From contig JASANG010003752.1 of the NCBI GenBank assembly GCA_030248215.1, forward strand, positions 124,001-188,000: a stretch of 64,000 nucleotides of DNA, in the 5' to 3' direction. Shown piece by piece: positions 1 to 18,100 of the stretch; within the stretch, counting starts at the first letter, position 1, and every line of letters starts with the position of its first letter. The notes under the pieces were generated by a model. It made no database searches. It saw only the letters and a program-made list of their open reading frames with translations, and was not told the origin of the DNA. The position numbers and the translations under genes were made by a program. The stretch comes from Enoplolaimus lenunculus. Lineage: Eukaryota.

Positions 1-332
1 TGTGAAGCCAGCTTCTTCGCATTTCAAGACTTGGAGCAGTGCAGGAGCGTATGGGTAGTGCCACCAGTTTGAATTACAGCATGGAGCAATAAGGTCTGTA
101 GAAAGCGATAATCCAATGTTTGGCAAGGTTGAAATGAAGCATTGCGTTTGTCCGAAAACCTTTCAAGGAACAATCTTAAGATTGTTTATCGGCAATCTCT
201 TTGTACCGTTCAACCCATGTTACTGTTTAGTGGTGCTCCGTGTGAGTATACGCGGCTTGTGCATGTGCAGAGTGTGTAATGTTAAGACATACATACTCGT
301 GCACATATACCACCAGAGGAAATTAAGATATC

Positions 333-405
333 GGCCGCGTGGTGTAATGAGTAGAGCGCTTGACTCGCGAGCGAGAGGTCCGAGGTTCGATTCCCGGCGT
401 GGCCA
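333..405 (+). pseudogene. tRNA-like sequence (tRNA pseudogene or SINE head)
   Basis: 73 nt GGCCGCG...CGTGGCCA. The acceptor stem pairs, and an A-box-like TGGTGTAATGAG and B-box GGTTCGATTCC are present. Anticodon and T stems are imperfect. Confidence 0.6.
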
Positions 406-499
406 TTTGTTTCGGAGAAATTTAGGGTAAAACCACGTATATTCGCAGTACTTCGGAGGAAGGCGTCGTCCGGACCGCGCAGTTCTGACACCCCGCTTT

Positions 500-789
500 C
501 AGCGACGGATCCAAAAATTTCTGACGAAGGTGTACAGGCTACGTTTGAAACGCAATTTTCCACGAAAAAAATTTCTGTGGGAGATAAATTGTAATGTAGG
601 GAATAGGGATACTATAATTTATTCAGAAAAAGTTTTTTGGGGGAATTTTAAGGTAGAAGGACCTTATAAATTTTATCACAGAAATTTCCTGAAGGGAAAA
701 ATTGTAAAGGTTGAAGAACTTACCATTTTATTACAAAAAATTCTGACGGGGGTTGTATACTCACTAGTCCCTCTTTGGATCCGCTGATT
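500..789. mobile_element. hAT-like MITE (CAGxGxCGGATCC-type TIR)
   Basis: Ends CAGCGACGGATCCAAA / TTTGGATCCGCTGATT; 8-bp TSD CCCGCTTT at 492-499 and 790-797. Confidence 0.7.
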
Positions 790-1441
790 CCCGCTTTCTC
801 ACAGGACAATAGACTAGGCTTTTCAGACTAATTTTTGTTTCGGCTTAGGATAAAATTTGTTTTAGACTTACGTTTATTACGCTGAGCAGGCTTAAACTTA
901 GGAATATGTTTTTGTTGCACATTGTTAAAGTAATATTGGTAGAGAATTTCAGGGCGCGCTCTTGTCTTAATATATCGGAACATAATGCCAATTTGGCTCC
1001 TCATATAACCTCCTCTAATAATTTCAATTAAATTTCAATTTTTAGTTATCATATATCGACTACAGCGGAAGCAAAAATGTAATTTTCAGCAGTTCCGAAA
1101 TCTATATTTTTTCATGTATATATACTGTTTAAAGCGACGCGATAAATTTAACCTAGTAATTTTTTGTGTTTGATGTTTGGTTTTGATCACCTATAAATGA
1201 GGTACAATTGGAGGTCTGCCTACGGCTCCGGCAGAAAATCGACAGCTACGAAATTACATTCAGAATCTTGAAATTTCGATACATCCGCCATTTTTCTTTA
1301 ACGTTTCTGCAGACCGGTGATTACTGGTACGTGTACGCATAAATTGTAACATTTTTCAAACTTTTATACTACAATATCCGTTTCTGTAATTTTTACCATT
1401 CGTTTTAACATCCCGCCGTGATTAACAACGACCCCTATTAT

Positions 1442-1930
1442 GGGTCATCCACGTTAAAATGCACGCACATATGTAAAAAAATGTCCCTCCCTTTTGGGTG
1501 CCCGCGTTGTCCCGACCCACTCTCTTTATACACTGTGTGATATTACAGTATGTCATTGTCTGAACTTTTAGACAATGAATATGCTCTAGGCATAAATATT
1601 TACTTGTCCTGACATCCTTATCAGGAACTGTTATTGTTTATAGTCCCTCTTAAGGGACTCTGTTTTTTGTGTTGACTGATACGCGTGAATATGTGCACAG
1701 CTTGTTTTTATATGTGTGTGCGTGCACTATCGTAATGTCCTGACATCCTGCAGACAACATGTATTCCTCCAGAGTGCCTTCCGACAGAGTTTAGATAATC
1801 AGCACTATCTAAGTACGCAGCTATGAAACTGTACCTTGCCTCCAGCTAGGATGTGTATTTCGATGCTATTCCAAATGGGGTGGGTGGACCATTTATTACA
1901 TCGGCGCGTGCATTTTAACGTGGATGAACC
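1442..1930. mobile_element. non-autonomous TIR element (superfamily uncertain)
   Basis: TIR GGGTCATCCACGTTAAAATGCACGC / GCGTGCATTTTAACGTGGATGAACC; ATTAT directly repeated on both sides. Confidence 0.7.
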
Positions 1931-2446
1931 ATTATCGCTAATTTATGTTATTGTAGCGTTGTGTTCAGTTGCAATATTCGTTTGACTCATGTTTCCTTTA
2001 AGGGTATCCAGTTTTCTGTAAGCTAAAGGTGGCTAACTTCAGGTATGGGAGTCTTGGTCCAGCAAATGCTGGTAGACCTGTAAAACGCAGATTGTTGAAG
2101 CAAGTAATGCCTGATGAATAAAATTTCGCCTAACATCTCTGATTTTTCATATTTGCGCAATAATTATTAGGAGATATTCTGAAAACACACAAAAACTAAG
2201 AAAAACATAAAAACCTACGAAAAAAACTGTTAGCAATAGTTTCTTTTGAAAGTTTTATGTTTTACAGTGATGACCAAAGTTGACCGAGACCAGAAACAAG
2301 CTAATATATATTAGTTCACAATGTGTCGGGCTTTTACACACCAACAACAATAACACGTGTGTTTGACTACCTTGAGTCGTGTACTTTTTATCAGTAATAC
2401 TTGTATTATAAAAGAAATTGAGAACCATTGTAAATCGAATATTTAA

Positions 2447-2698
2447 CCCTTCTCACATTGAGTTGCCTACAGGCAACTCAGCGCAGAGTATATGCGTTAT
2501 ATCGCACCGTGTTTAACAATTGCAACACGTATACATAGTACTAAATCACCACAAGACGTGAGAGCCCCTTGGGCTCGAGCGTCAAGCTCCTATAGCTAAG
2601 TGGTGATGGTATACGCCTCCCACTCCAGTCACTGGAGTTCGAATCTTAGCAGAAAAGTATGTCTCAGGGGAAATAGAAATAATTCATGTGAGAAAGGG
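2447..2698. mobile_element. piggyBac-like MITE
   Basis: TTAA|CCCTTCTCACAT ... ATGTGAGAAAGGG|TTGA; internal hairpin GAGTTGCC-TACA-GGCAACTC. Confidence 0.7.
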
Positions 2699-3004
2699 TT
2701 GACGCAATTGCAGGCGGAAAATTCACCTCATGCTCTGCTGGAATTTTTGGCGGAGGTTCTGGCAATTTGGGTAACTTCTCATATTTTGGCAAGTGTGTGA
2801 AATTTTGCCACTTGTGTTTTCAGGATCTTTTTCTTAATATTCGAATTCAAAATAGTAACTATAGTAGTCATTGAGTATAAAAGTTACCACGTCGATCAGC
2901 TTTTGAAACGCAGGTATTGATGCACAGGTAGATGCTTGGTACAGCTAGGTATTCCAATTGCCAGCAAATTGGTACAAATGCAATTAACATGGCACCGCTT
3001 CCAC

Positions 3005-3206
3005 CCGTGCTGCGTCGTTCACACCCGTACGGCGCTGTACGTCATCCGGACCGCGCCGTCCGTTTACCGTGCGGTATCCTACGCAAATAACTTACGTACG
3101 ATATCGTATGGTACGGACGATAGTGGACGGCACCCTACGGGCAACGGCCAGTTACGGTGGCGACGTACAGGTGACGCACGATGACGGACGGCGCCGACGT
3201 CAAGTA
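3005..3206. mobile_element. GC-rich foldback repeat, possibly Harbinger-like MITE
   Basis: CGGCGCCGTCCGTCACC-type subrepeats in both orientations around a core TACGCAAATAACTTACGTACGATATCGTATGGTACG. The core is shared with 32203-32398; related copies at ~11089-11238 and ~20815-20923. Confidence 0.55.
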
Positions 3207-3519
3207 ACTTTTTCGCTTTTGTATTAACGTTATTCTTGCAAAAAATTACAATGCTAGTGGCAATTTTTATTGCAAAATTTAGGTGTCAGAGCGACGCATG
3301 TACACAAACCGGTGGTGACAACTATTGTAGTATATCATATTATTTTAAAAGCGCAAAAGATCGAAACGATATTTGTCGGATTGATTTGTTTCCAAAATCG
3401 ATTGCTAACTTTTTGTCTGTACTAGCGTTGCACGAACTCTTTCAAAATACAACAGTTATGTTAGTGTCTATTTTGTACCGATACATTCTATTGTACGTAG
3501 GGAATATAGATTCTTACAT

Positions 3520-7794
<4,275 letters not shown>

Positions 7795-9142
7795 AAACAT
7801 TGTCTGTGTTTTTAAAGTTGCGTAACACTATGCTAGCACTCAGTTGGTGATGGGGTTTGTAACTTTACGGCAATGCTTGGTGGATAATTTTCTCGCAAAT
7901 GGATACCGCCTGTGTGTAATTCAAAAAGTCTTCGCTAACTGGTGGCTGGTGCTATTGCTGTATGATGTCATTGTTGTTGTGATATGTTTTTGGGAATACC
8001 AGTGAAAGTATTTTGTCGTTCTAAACACTGTTGTTTTATGAGTATAAAAGTGCAACAAACGCAAATTTAGTGCTAAAACCTTAATACGAGGTTTTGGTTT
8101 TGTTCTTTGTTCGGCTTTCCTGGTCCTGTGTGGCTCACTTGAGTCCATCAGTGCCAGCAACTATTTATCCTTGACTTTTTAAAAATTGATATTACAAACG
8201 TGTGTTACGTTTTTCGCTCTTGATTAATCAGAGTTTTGTGGACACAAGTTAGTGAACTCACGGCTAGTGGTAGATTAGGAGCGGCTATGGGTGTGCTGCG
8301 ATTTGTATTTATTGCTGATAATCACCTTTATTAAATAATGGTTTTCAATTTGCCATTCATATTTTAGAAACAATATTTTAGTTATTTTTGTTGCTATTTC
8401 CAGCTATTTAAATGTCTAGATACGTCATTACGAAGAGTTAACTTTAAATATTTTAATATTGTTTTGCAAGTTTTACATACTTAAGTTAATCACATTGTTT
8501 GATTTTTAAATAAAGTATTTTATTACTGTGTTTTATTTAGCAATTTTATTGATTCTCGGAGCTGATAGAGCGGTTTGAGATCAAGATTAATGGGGTTTTT
8601 CGGCAGCAGATCGGTGGAGTTATTTGCATTTTTCATCTCCAAATGCTAGGATGTGTTCGTTTTGCTTTTGTCACAATTTTCAGAAAAGAATTCCGAAATT
8701 AAACAACAAAATTGCATATATTGGCTAAAATTAACTATTTAACCATTTTTGCAACCTAATTTCGTCCTCAACTTCGGCTCCGTCAAGTTTTGCTGACCTC
8801 TGACTCCTAAATTTTTCAGCTCCGGTTGCGCCCTGTTTAACATATACAATATCCGGTTCCAGTTCCGGTAAAAATTCAATATCCGGTCGCACCCTGCCAA
8901 ATGCACCGCAATGCTTTGTATGCAATAATCGTTAGTTACGAGGTTCTCGGAGCTGATAGAGCGGTTTGCGATCGAGATTAATGTGCGTTGAGCGACTCCG
9001 TCTTATAATCCTGTTACTGGTTTACAGGGTTCTCCGGCAGAAGATTGGTTGAGTATGCAAGAACAGTTTGTTACAAAATGGGGCTGTGTTTTGTAATTTA
9101 GAGCTTAGCTTTATTTTAATACATCAAACATAAAAATCTAAA

Positions 9143-12100
9143 ATGCATTACTGTGAGCCAAATACGACAATATTTACACTGTGGATTGACAAAGGCTTTG
9201 GTCATTGTTTTCTCGATACAACGACATCACTTGTGGTCGTTGCGTTGGTTGCTCTTGGTTCAGCTGAGATTTCAATGTACCGAAGGCACGGAACAAGGAC
9301 TGAAGTGACGCTGTTGCCGAAATCAATATTATTCGCGATTCAAATTGCTTGTGTTGTACTCGCTCTGTTGCTGCCGTTGTTTGCGTTTTCAATTTATACC
9401 AGCGTTTTGCACGAACCGATATTTGGTCATATGCTGTTGTGGAACTTGTCACAGGTAAAGACAAATTTACTTCCATGCAGCATAAATTATTCTTTGAGCA
9501 ATAAACTGAAACAATACGGAAGAACGGAATAAGCATACGTTGAATACATACGTAGATCTTGAACTGCAGAGTCCAACGGTACCAGTTTTAGAACCGCGTT
9601 GCCTGTAGTTCGATAGTAGGTCCTCAGTCCACGTCTGCTTGTGCTAAACCGCTCAGGACCATAGCTTTTGAAAGATCAGTAAGATAATTCACTGTTCCTT
9701 AAATTTCTAAGGAGCATAGATTCTATATCTTCGCCTGTATTCATTTCTGTTGTCAAGATTTTTGTTATTTTTACTTTTTTTGTTGTTTCTTATTTTGGTT
9801 TATTTATATTGATTTAGAGCTTGGCATGGCTTCTCGTTTTGGTGCTGATATACTGGGAACGAAATTACGATTTGCCTTCTCCGCCGTCGCGTGGACACGG
9901 ATGCGTTCTGTTGACTATAACAGCGTTTATATTTATTTCAAAGAATCTCAGTTTGGTCAATATTAATAGCCCACAGTGGTGGTACCAGCTTATCAGGTAT
10001 GTTCATAGCCATTCTGGCTTGCGTTTTTCCCAGGTTGCATATGCAGAGAAATGGAAAACTGAGGGCCGGTTTGCCCCAGGTTTAATCTGGGGGCATTTTT
10101 ATACGTTAGATCCTCGTATGCTATCTTTAACTATACAACATTTGCTCCTAACACACTTAATGACATTTATATAATAAAATGTTTTCTGAATGGCTGTGTT
10201 CGCGTTATATGCAGCGTTTTCTGCTCGTTATAGAAACCTTATTAGGCTATATTACTTATATGTTGTATGACGCGCACCCACTCTGAAAAAATGGGAAGCA
10301 TCACGTTGAGGATAAACCAAAAATAGGGGACTTCGCTGCTTAGGATGGGTAGCCCCCGAACAGTGACAGGCAAGTGACTTTATGGACTTCATGTCGCACA
10401 ATGTGATCATAATATTGTGTTTGAAGCGATAATCGCAGCTGTAAAATGTTTATTTAAGGCATTATGATCGTGTGAAATTAGGAATATTTGTTGCTGAATA
10501 TACGTTGTGTTTGGCAATTTTCGCATCATCAATTCGTGCTCCTGGAATGGCTTCGTTGCGCGCAAGGGCAGCTTTTACGCATCGACGCTTGTTTAACAAT
10601 GATGAAGAGAAAGGATTGCAAAAAGTAATGACATTATCTATTTTAATAAACCTGGAACGCCAACGATGCGTAATTTGCAACGATACGTAATTTGAATTTT
10701 GTTCAAGCTATCTTTGTGCGTATAATTTCATGTAAGCAAACGATAGAATCAACAGATCGATCACCGTAAAAAACGCTTTATGACCTACAGTTTATTTTTT
10801 ACCACTTGTCCGAGACAGGCCAATTGGCCAAATGCCCTACTTACGACCTCCCTCATCTCAACTGATAGGTTTTTAAGCAAGCGAATTACTGCGTCTACAA
10901 TTATATAAATTGCATGCAGCAGTTACAACATCGACTGCTATAAAAATGCAAAAATTTACCAAGTTTGATCAACTGGGTTAAAACTTATGACTTATTGTGA
11001 ACTGGTGACTGCTGTTATGTACACGTCGTTGAGCATTCCAGGCGAGCGCTCAGCGTTGTACATTGCTCTTCTGGGCGGCGTCGTAATAGGTGCCACTATA
11101 CGTATCGTGCGACACCGTCCGTCATCGTGCGGCAGCGTAGTTTGAATTCACGTTATGCAAATTGCGCAGGATGTCACATGGTCTATGACGCGCTACAGGA
11201 AAAGCATAGTGAACCACCAAGCCTATATAGCGCCACCCTTATCGTGATAATTTGTTTTAGAATCAAAGCAACATTTCAACGTTTAGCGATTTGCGTCGCA
11301 AGCTTAGTCTCATATTGCCATACTTGTGGCCAAAGTCAAACTACGGGTTACAGCTATGCGTGCTGTTGTGCGTTGTTATTCTGGTCGCAGGCAGATTTGT
11401 CAATGTTTACGTTCCGATGTTTTCAAAGTGGATTGTTGATAGTTTAACCACGCCGTCACGTGGAGGAAAATTAAAATTTCGCTGGGATTTGATTGTTGCT
11501 TATGTTGTACTGCGTATGGTTCAAGGTGGAGTTGGTGCAGGTAAGTTAAGGAGAGGGCTAACGGGTTTCGCTTAGGGTGCTCTGAAATATGAAGAACACA
11601 GGAATTTGAAAGTGGCGGCAATTTGTGTTAATCGGACCAGATGGAATAAATTGCTTTAAACCTTGGGTAAATTATCACAATGTATGGCAGCGCGACCATG
11701 GCATGTAATATGATTCTGGTTTTAGGCGGTGGCCTACTGAACATAGCACGATCGTTTTTGTGGATTAAAGTGCAACAGTTTACATCGCGTGAAATTCAAG
11801 TTCGCTTGTATGCACATTTACACAGGTAACAAATGTTCCACCTGCGATACGGTTGTTTGATTTGATTAATCAACTCGTTTTATCTTTCGTTTTTATTCAT
11901 GGTATCTGTGAGATGGAAAATACGAGAAAATTTGAAAATTTGTGGACACTCTGTTTAATGTGTCGAACGATATTTTTCACACAAAAGGGTTGCTGGGCAT
12001 TCGCCGGTTTTCGACAAAGTTGGAAGTTTCTTCTGATCCCTCAGTTCCCAACCTAAGCGCAGATTTTGAGCGGGGAGACTGAAGAACACACTAGTGGCTT

Positions 12101-15100
12101 TTGTTTAGTTTGCTAACGTATTGAAGTTGAAATGATCATGTTTTTGTCCAATTCGCCGGATTGATTTTCGGGGTTGTTATTGAAATATTAGTATGTTTGT
12201 TTTAGCTTGTCAATGCGGTGGCATTTGGGCAGACAAACTGGCGAAGTACTTCGCGTTATGGATCGTGGCACAAACAGCATTAATGGACTGTTACAGTAAG
12301 TGAAAGCTTGACTGTATTTAATTTATATTCTATGTTAATAATATCGCTTCAAAGTGCTTAACCTTACGATATTTGAGCACAGCCACAATTCAATTTTATA
12401 GTCTGTCCTTTACCTGCTGTAATTTTGTGCTGAAAGGAGATTTTTTAACAAGATCAGGGGATTCAAACCAGTGTTCCATTCGTAATACAAGGTGGCTTCC
12501 AATAAAAGCCTTATCGCGTTGAACGAGTTTACAAAGTTAGGGATTTTCGGAAAAATTTTAAAGATATATTATTTCTGTTGAACGCCGCGTAGACACGTGT
12601 GTATTTTAAATTTCGAACGAGACGAATTTTTCGCGTGAATGTGTGCTGAAGTCAGGAAATATGAGCTGACATGTGTCATTTTGCTTGTTGCCGCTGTATA
12701 ACAAATATAACGAAACTATCAACGAGTGCGTGCCCACCTGCGCTGTCGTTGTTATTTCATGTATAAATATTGTGCAATTTAAGAGTGACTTTGTTTCAAA
12801 TAACGCCTACTGTGATCGATATTATCATAGCAATTAGTTATTTCACGGCACTGTTCAACGCTTGGTTTGGCATGATTGTCTTTGCTACTATGGCTGCGTA
12901 TTTGAGTAAGTTTTGGTTGAAGGGTGGGGGCGTTTTAAAAATGTTTATTGTTGATCAAATTGGCTAAGGCAAATGTATGGCTTAACAGCTGATAACTGAA
13001 GTTTGAGTGATTTGTGAACCCTGAAGTATAACCCGTAACAGTCTTATTCAAAATTTGGTGCGTTTTCAGCGTGTAGTCATGATATGCTAACATACTATGT
13101 GAAGTTGTTCTTCGTATTGGTTTGTGAATCTTTAGTTTTGCATTGTAGCAAACGGGGTCAGTCTTACATGTGTGTAAGGATTCAAAGTTTTAGGTGTTGC
13201 TGATTCGGGCGTTATAAGCATGGGGGTATCTTGATTGCACCTGCTGTTCCTTACTTGATCTTTTGCCAGCTGACGATATTGGGCAGTGTTTCACGGTTGT
13301 ACCGTGGATTTTGAAAACGCATGTTGCGTTGGGATCTCATATGTTACCAACTGAAAACAGTTTTTAAATACTTTGAAACAAATCCACGGAAGCAGGGTGG
13401 AATGACGCCTACATCCACCCCTTGTTATGATTCTCTTGGCAGCAATTGAAATTGTGGTGTTTTAGCTGCAACCATAGTGGTGACTGAATGGCGAACCAAA
13501 TATAGACGTAATATGAACCGTCTGGACAACGAATATTCAGCAAAAGGCGTTGATTCACTATTGAATTTTGAAACTGTCAAATATTATAATGCTGAAGATT
13601 ATGAAGTTGACCGCTATCGAAAAGCCATTGTCGAATATCAGGTAAAAGTTTGGGTTGTTGATTGTAGTCTTAGTTGAAAATTAGCGTAAGAATTACAAAA
13701 GTACTATATTTTCAAACGGGGAAATTTATCGAAAGCTTACCTAAGATTACGTTTAGTGTTTTCGTAGCGTAAATACAAATTTGACGTTTATGTGAAATCT
13801 ATTAAAGCTGGAACGTTCACATACGTACGTATTTTGTGCATCGATACAGCTAATTTTTAGCATATGGACGTTTACAAATAAATTAGAAGTGTGTTTTGTC
13901 TTTCAACTGCATCTGTGCTAATAGTTTTACTTTAATGTAAGTGAAAGATGAACGAATTGCAAGACAGGAATATTTGTGCTGCTGCGTTAATATTTAACTT
14001 GTTAACGTTGGAAATGTTACAACTACTTTGTCTAGTAGAACCGTATTAAGAGGGTGCTATTTTTCGATAATTTTAACGTTTTTTTGGGAATTTTGAATAT
14101 CATTGAAAGAATACGATACGATTAATATTATCTTTTTCAGGGGGCAGAATGGATTGCGTCTGCGTCGCTGTCACTACTTAACGTGATCCAAAACGCAATC
14201 ATGAATTCAGGTCTTTTGTTCGGTTCACTTCTGTGCGCGTATATGGTGGTTCATGGCGAAGACGGTTTTACTGTTGGTGATTATGTGCTGTTCGCTACGT
14301 ATATTATGCAGCTTTATCAGCCGCTTAACTGGCTTGGTACTTATTATAGGTGAGTATAAGGGGAGACCTGGGGGCTTGGCATTTTCCGCATATCTGTGTG
14401 GAGCCTATTCTGTTGCTATGTTGTTGGGGAACACAAGGCTTTATAAGTTCGTTTAATACTGTCAGTGGCCTTTTCGTTAGAATATCCACATACTACGTTT
14501 GTTTGTTATGCATGGATTGGTTAGAATTTGGTTTACTTTGTTCTATTATATTGTTTCAACCTGTATAACCGCGTTATGTCTTTTAGGCTTTCTGATATTT
14601 TTTATTTTATTTTCAAGAGTGATTCAGCAGTCATTCATTGATATGGAAAATATGTTTGAATTACTCAATGAAAAACAAGAGGTAAAATGCTATCAATTTC
14701 TTACGTAACAGTTTACCAGTTTATCAATCGACGAATAGAAAGTGAAATTTAAATTAAAATAATTTGTAGAACGGTGTTTTTTCGCTTGACCGAAAGAAAA
14801 GGATTACCGCTCTTGTGCACTTCTCCCGATCACGTTTAGGCTTAGGCTTCACAAAATGCTTACCTGAAGTTAAGGATAATTTTTTTACCTGAGCCGTTAC
14901 CTGTAGCTAAGCCTAATGTCTTAAATGTGGGGAAAGCGTACAAGAGCCGATTTTGGATTCAGTATCGATTGCTTTAGTACTTGAACCATTCACTGCTCAT
15001 AACTTAAAGAAGCTTTTGCTCAGGGCCATTTCGCCATAAATTTTAGCATCGTCTGTAATTAATACTACAAAATTCCTGCATGGTCCACCGAATATTATTT

Positions 15101-18100
15101 TGTTCTTTATAATGTCGGACGGACCGGGTCGTTGCATATCGATGTAATATTTTATAAATAACTTGCATTATCAGTGAATTAGAAACCCTACGACGAGCGC
15201 ATGCTTCTACAAAAATAACGAACCTGCTTCATTGCGTTAATGTGTAAGAATATACAGTTCCAGTAGCTGTCAGAAATGCTTACAGGTTAAAGACGAGATG
15301 GACGCGAAGCCTTTAATGGTTACAGACGGACGCATTGAGTTCAGAAATGTTTCGTTTCACTATCATCCTGAGTAAGTGAAGGAAAACTTTTTTATATTGC
15401 AAAAGTTACATTTTGGATATTTTTTTGAATATGTGTCTGTGAAGCATTTTTTAATTATTAAAGTTAAACAAAATACATTGAGATTTAAAAGATGTTCGGA
15501 ATATTTATGCTGTCGGTGCAATTGAGTTTCTATATTCAAATGCGCAAAGTTTTGCAGCGAGAACTTGCAGTTGCAAGTCCTGTGAAAAACTATTTGAGCA
15601 AACCTTGTACGTGTGAATAGATTGTTTTTCTGTTTTAATTTGTAATAGATTTAATTTACTAAAATGTTGTTTTTTGTGTATTTTCGAAAACCAGTGTTAC
15701 GAAATGTATCGTTTGTGGTCAATCCTGGAAAAACTGTCGCGTTGGTGCGTTTGACAGAAACATTTTTGTGATGTAGAGTTTTAAAATTACACGAGCACAG
15801 TTTGAACTGAACCATGATTTATGGGTGGCACCTGGTTATTTGGCTAATAATTTTATTTGCAAGGAGTTTCATTTCAAAACCATTTGTGCTGTGAAGTGAC
15901 CTTACTTTCTTGATGATTTTGAAATATATGACTACCAGGGTGCAACCGGAATTCCGGTTCCGGCATTTTTTCACCTTCCGGTTCCGGTAAATTTTTACCG
16001 GATTTAAAAATTCCGGTGTTATAATTTGGCCGTTTTCTTAACTTTGCTAATTTTTAAGAATCTCTTTTGAAAGCCACTTGTACTCCAAATATAAGCCAAT
16101 GATGGTGGATTTCACTTCAGTCGACGACGAAAATCTAAAATACAACAAATAAAATAAATACCTATGTTCGACTAAGGTTGTTTCACAAATAATAGAGCAA
16201 AAAATAAGATTAAAATGAAATTTTTGGTGAAGTGCTTTTTTCACTTTCCGGTTCCGGTTCCGGTAAAATTTTCAAATTCCGGTTCCGATAAATTGTAATT
16301 CCGGTTGCACCCTGATGACTACCGGGGGGTAAAATTCATTGTCCGATTTAAATTTTAAGAATATTTAAAAACATCTTTGTGTTATTTCAATTATTTAACA
16401 TTTTTTGTTTCAGGTTGGACCGTCAGGCAGTGGTAAAAGTACAATCATTCGGTTGTTGTTTCGGTTTTATGACGTGCAAGATGGATCTATTTTATTTGAT
16501 AATCAAGATGTCACTACTGTATGCTTACTTGTTTTATTATTTTTGTATCATTTTGAGAAGTACGGATTTCAGTCATTTTTATTATTAGATGGATTGGATA
16601 CTGTAAAACATAAAACTGGATTGGTTAGGACGGCTTATTTAGCAGCTTCAGCGCTACATTTTAAATTTTACACAGATTTAGAATTATATACACAAAGCAC
16701 GTAATCAGATGAATAACCATTATTATAAAAATGTTTCAAAAAATTTCTGCGTGATTAATTATTGGTTTATGTTTATTTTGATATATTTTAGGTTACACAA
16801 CAATCTTTACGAAAACACATTGGTGTTGTGCCACAGGATACGGTGCTGTTTAATGATACGATACTGTAAGCATATATCGTCCACTGTGGTTTTCCGTATA
16901 CTAAAATGTCCGATTCAGGCGTGCAAGTACTTCTGAGTGCAACTTTCGGGACAGGATTTTCGAACAAAAGTAAAATATGTTGCAATTTCTGGGCAAAAAT
17001 GAAAACTTACACATTTGAATACGGTTTAGCGGAAGAAAAAGTAGTTATTTTTATGTTAGCTATTATACCATAGTGCTGTAAGTCACAAAAATTACAATAG
17101 TATTTCAAATTTTGGATTACATTTTGTTCTGATCTATATTTTAGTATTTTTTCTAAGTATATTAGTGTTGTGTCATTGTTGCAGATATAACGTGAGATAT
17201 GGACGTGTAAATGCAGCTGATTATGAAGTTTTCGATGCTGCGAAAGCGGCAGACATTCATGAGCGTATTGAATCATTTCCATACGGTTAGTTCTCGGTTC
17301 TTTGTAACTTTAATATTAATTTTAGAACAATATTTGAAAAAATTGAATGTTTTTTCAGCGAAGCGAAACTCCGAGCGAAGCTCAGAGTTTCGCGAAGCGT
17401 TTTATGTTTTGTACTTGGGGGTCGAAAGATGGATGTCCGTCCGTCCGTCCGTCTGTCCGTCCGAAAAGAATCTCAGGAACGGCTGAACCGATTTTCATAA
17501 ACTTTTTTGTTTGAAAGCCAATAATTATCCTAGGGTGTTAACCTCGCATTGGGGTTTTAAAATTTTAAGCCGTTTATTAGCTACAGGCTAATTTGCATAA
17601 TTAATTAAGCCTAAATTAGGAATTTCCACAATATTTCACTAATTATTACAGTTAGAAGCAATCTAATTTTAGCATTAAAGGGTTTTTGGGTGCGAGGAAT
17701 CTCCGTAGACTACAAATCTCCAAAACTGATAAGTGAGCACTTAGCTAATGGATAATTTGCATATTAGCATAGTTTGTAAGCCTAAATTAGGACTTTTTAC
17801 AATATTTCACTAATTATTAAGGTTAAAAGCAATATAATTTCAGCCATAAAGGGTGTTTAGGTGCGAGGAGTTTGAATAAATTGTTTACAAACTTCCCAAA
17901 CTGATAATTGAATAGTTAGCTAATAGCTAATTTGCATATTAGCTTAATTGACAAGACAAAATTAGGACTTTTTAATTTATTTCAATAATTATCAGGATTT
18001 ACTGAAGGTTTTTTGGTGCGAGGAATCTGAATAAATTGTTTACAAACGTCTAAAACCGATAATTGAGTAGTTAGCTAATAGAAAATTTGCATATAAGTAG

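Noticed and set aside
1..58. Possible last exon of an upstream gene (VKPASSHFKTWSSAGAYG*)
   Set aside because: Too short, with no recognisable homology or visible splice acceptor.
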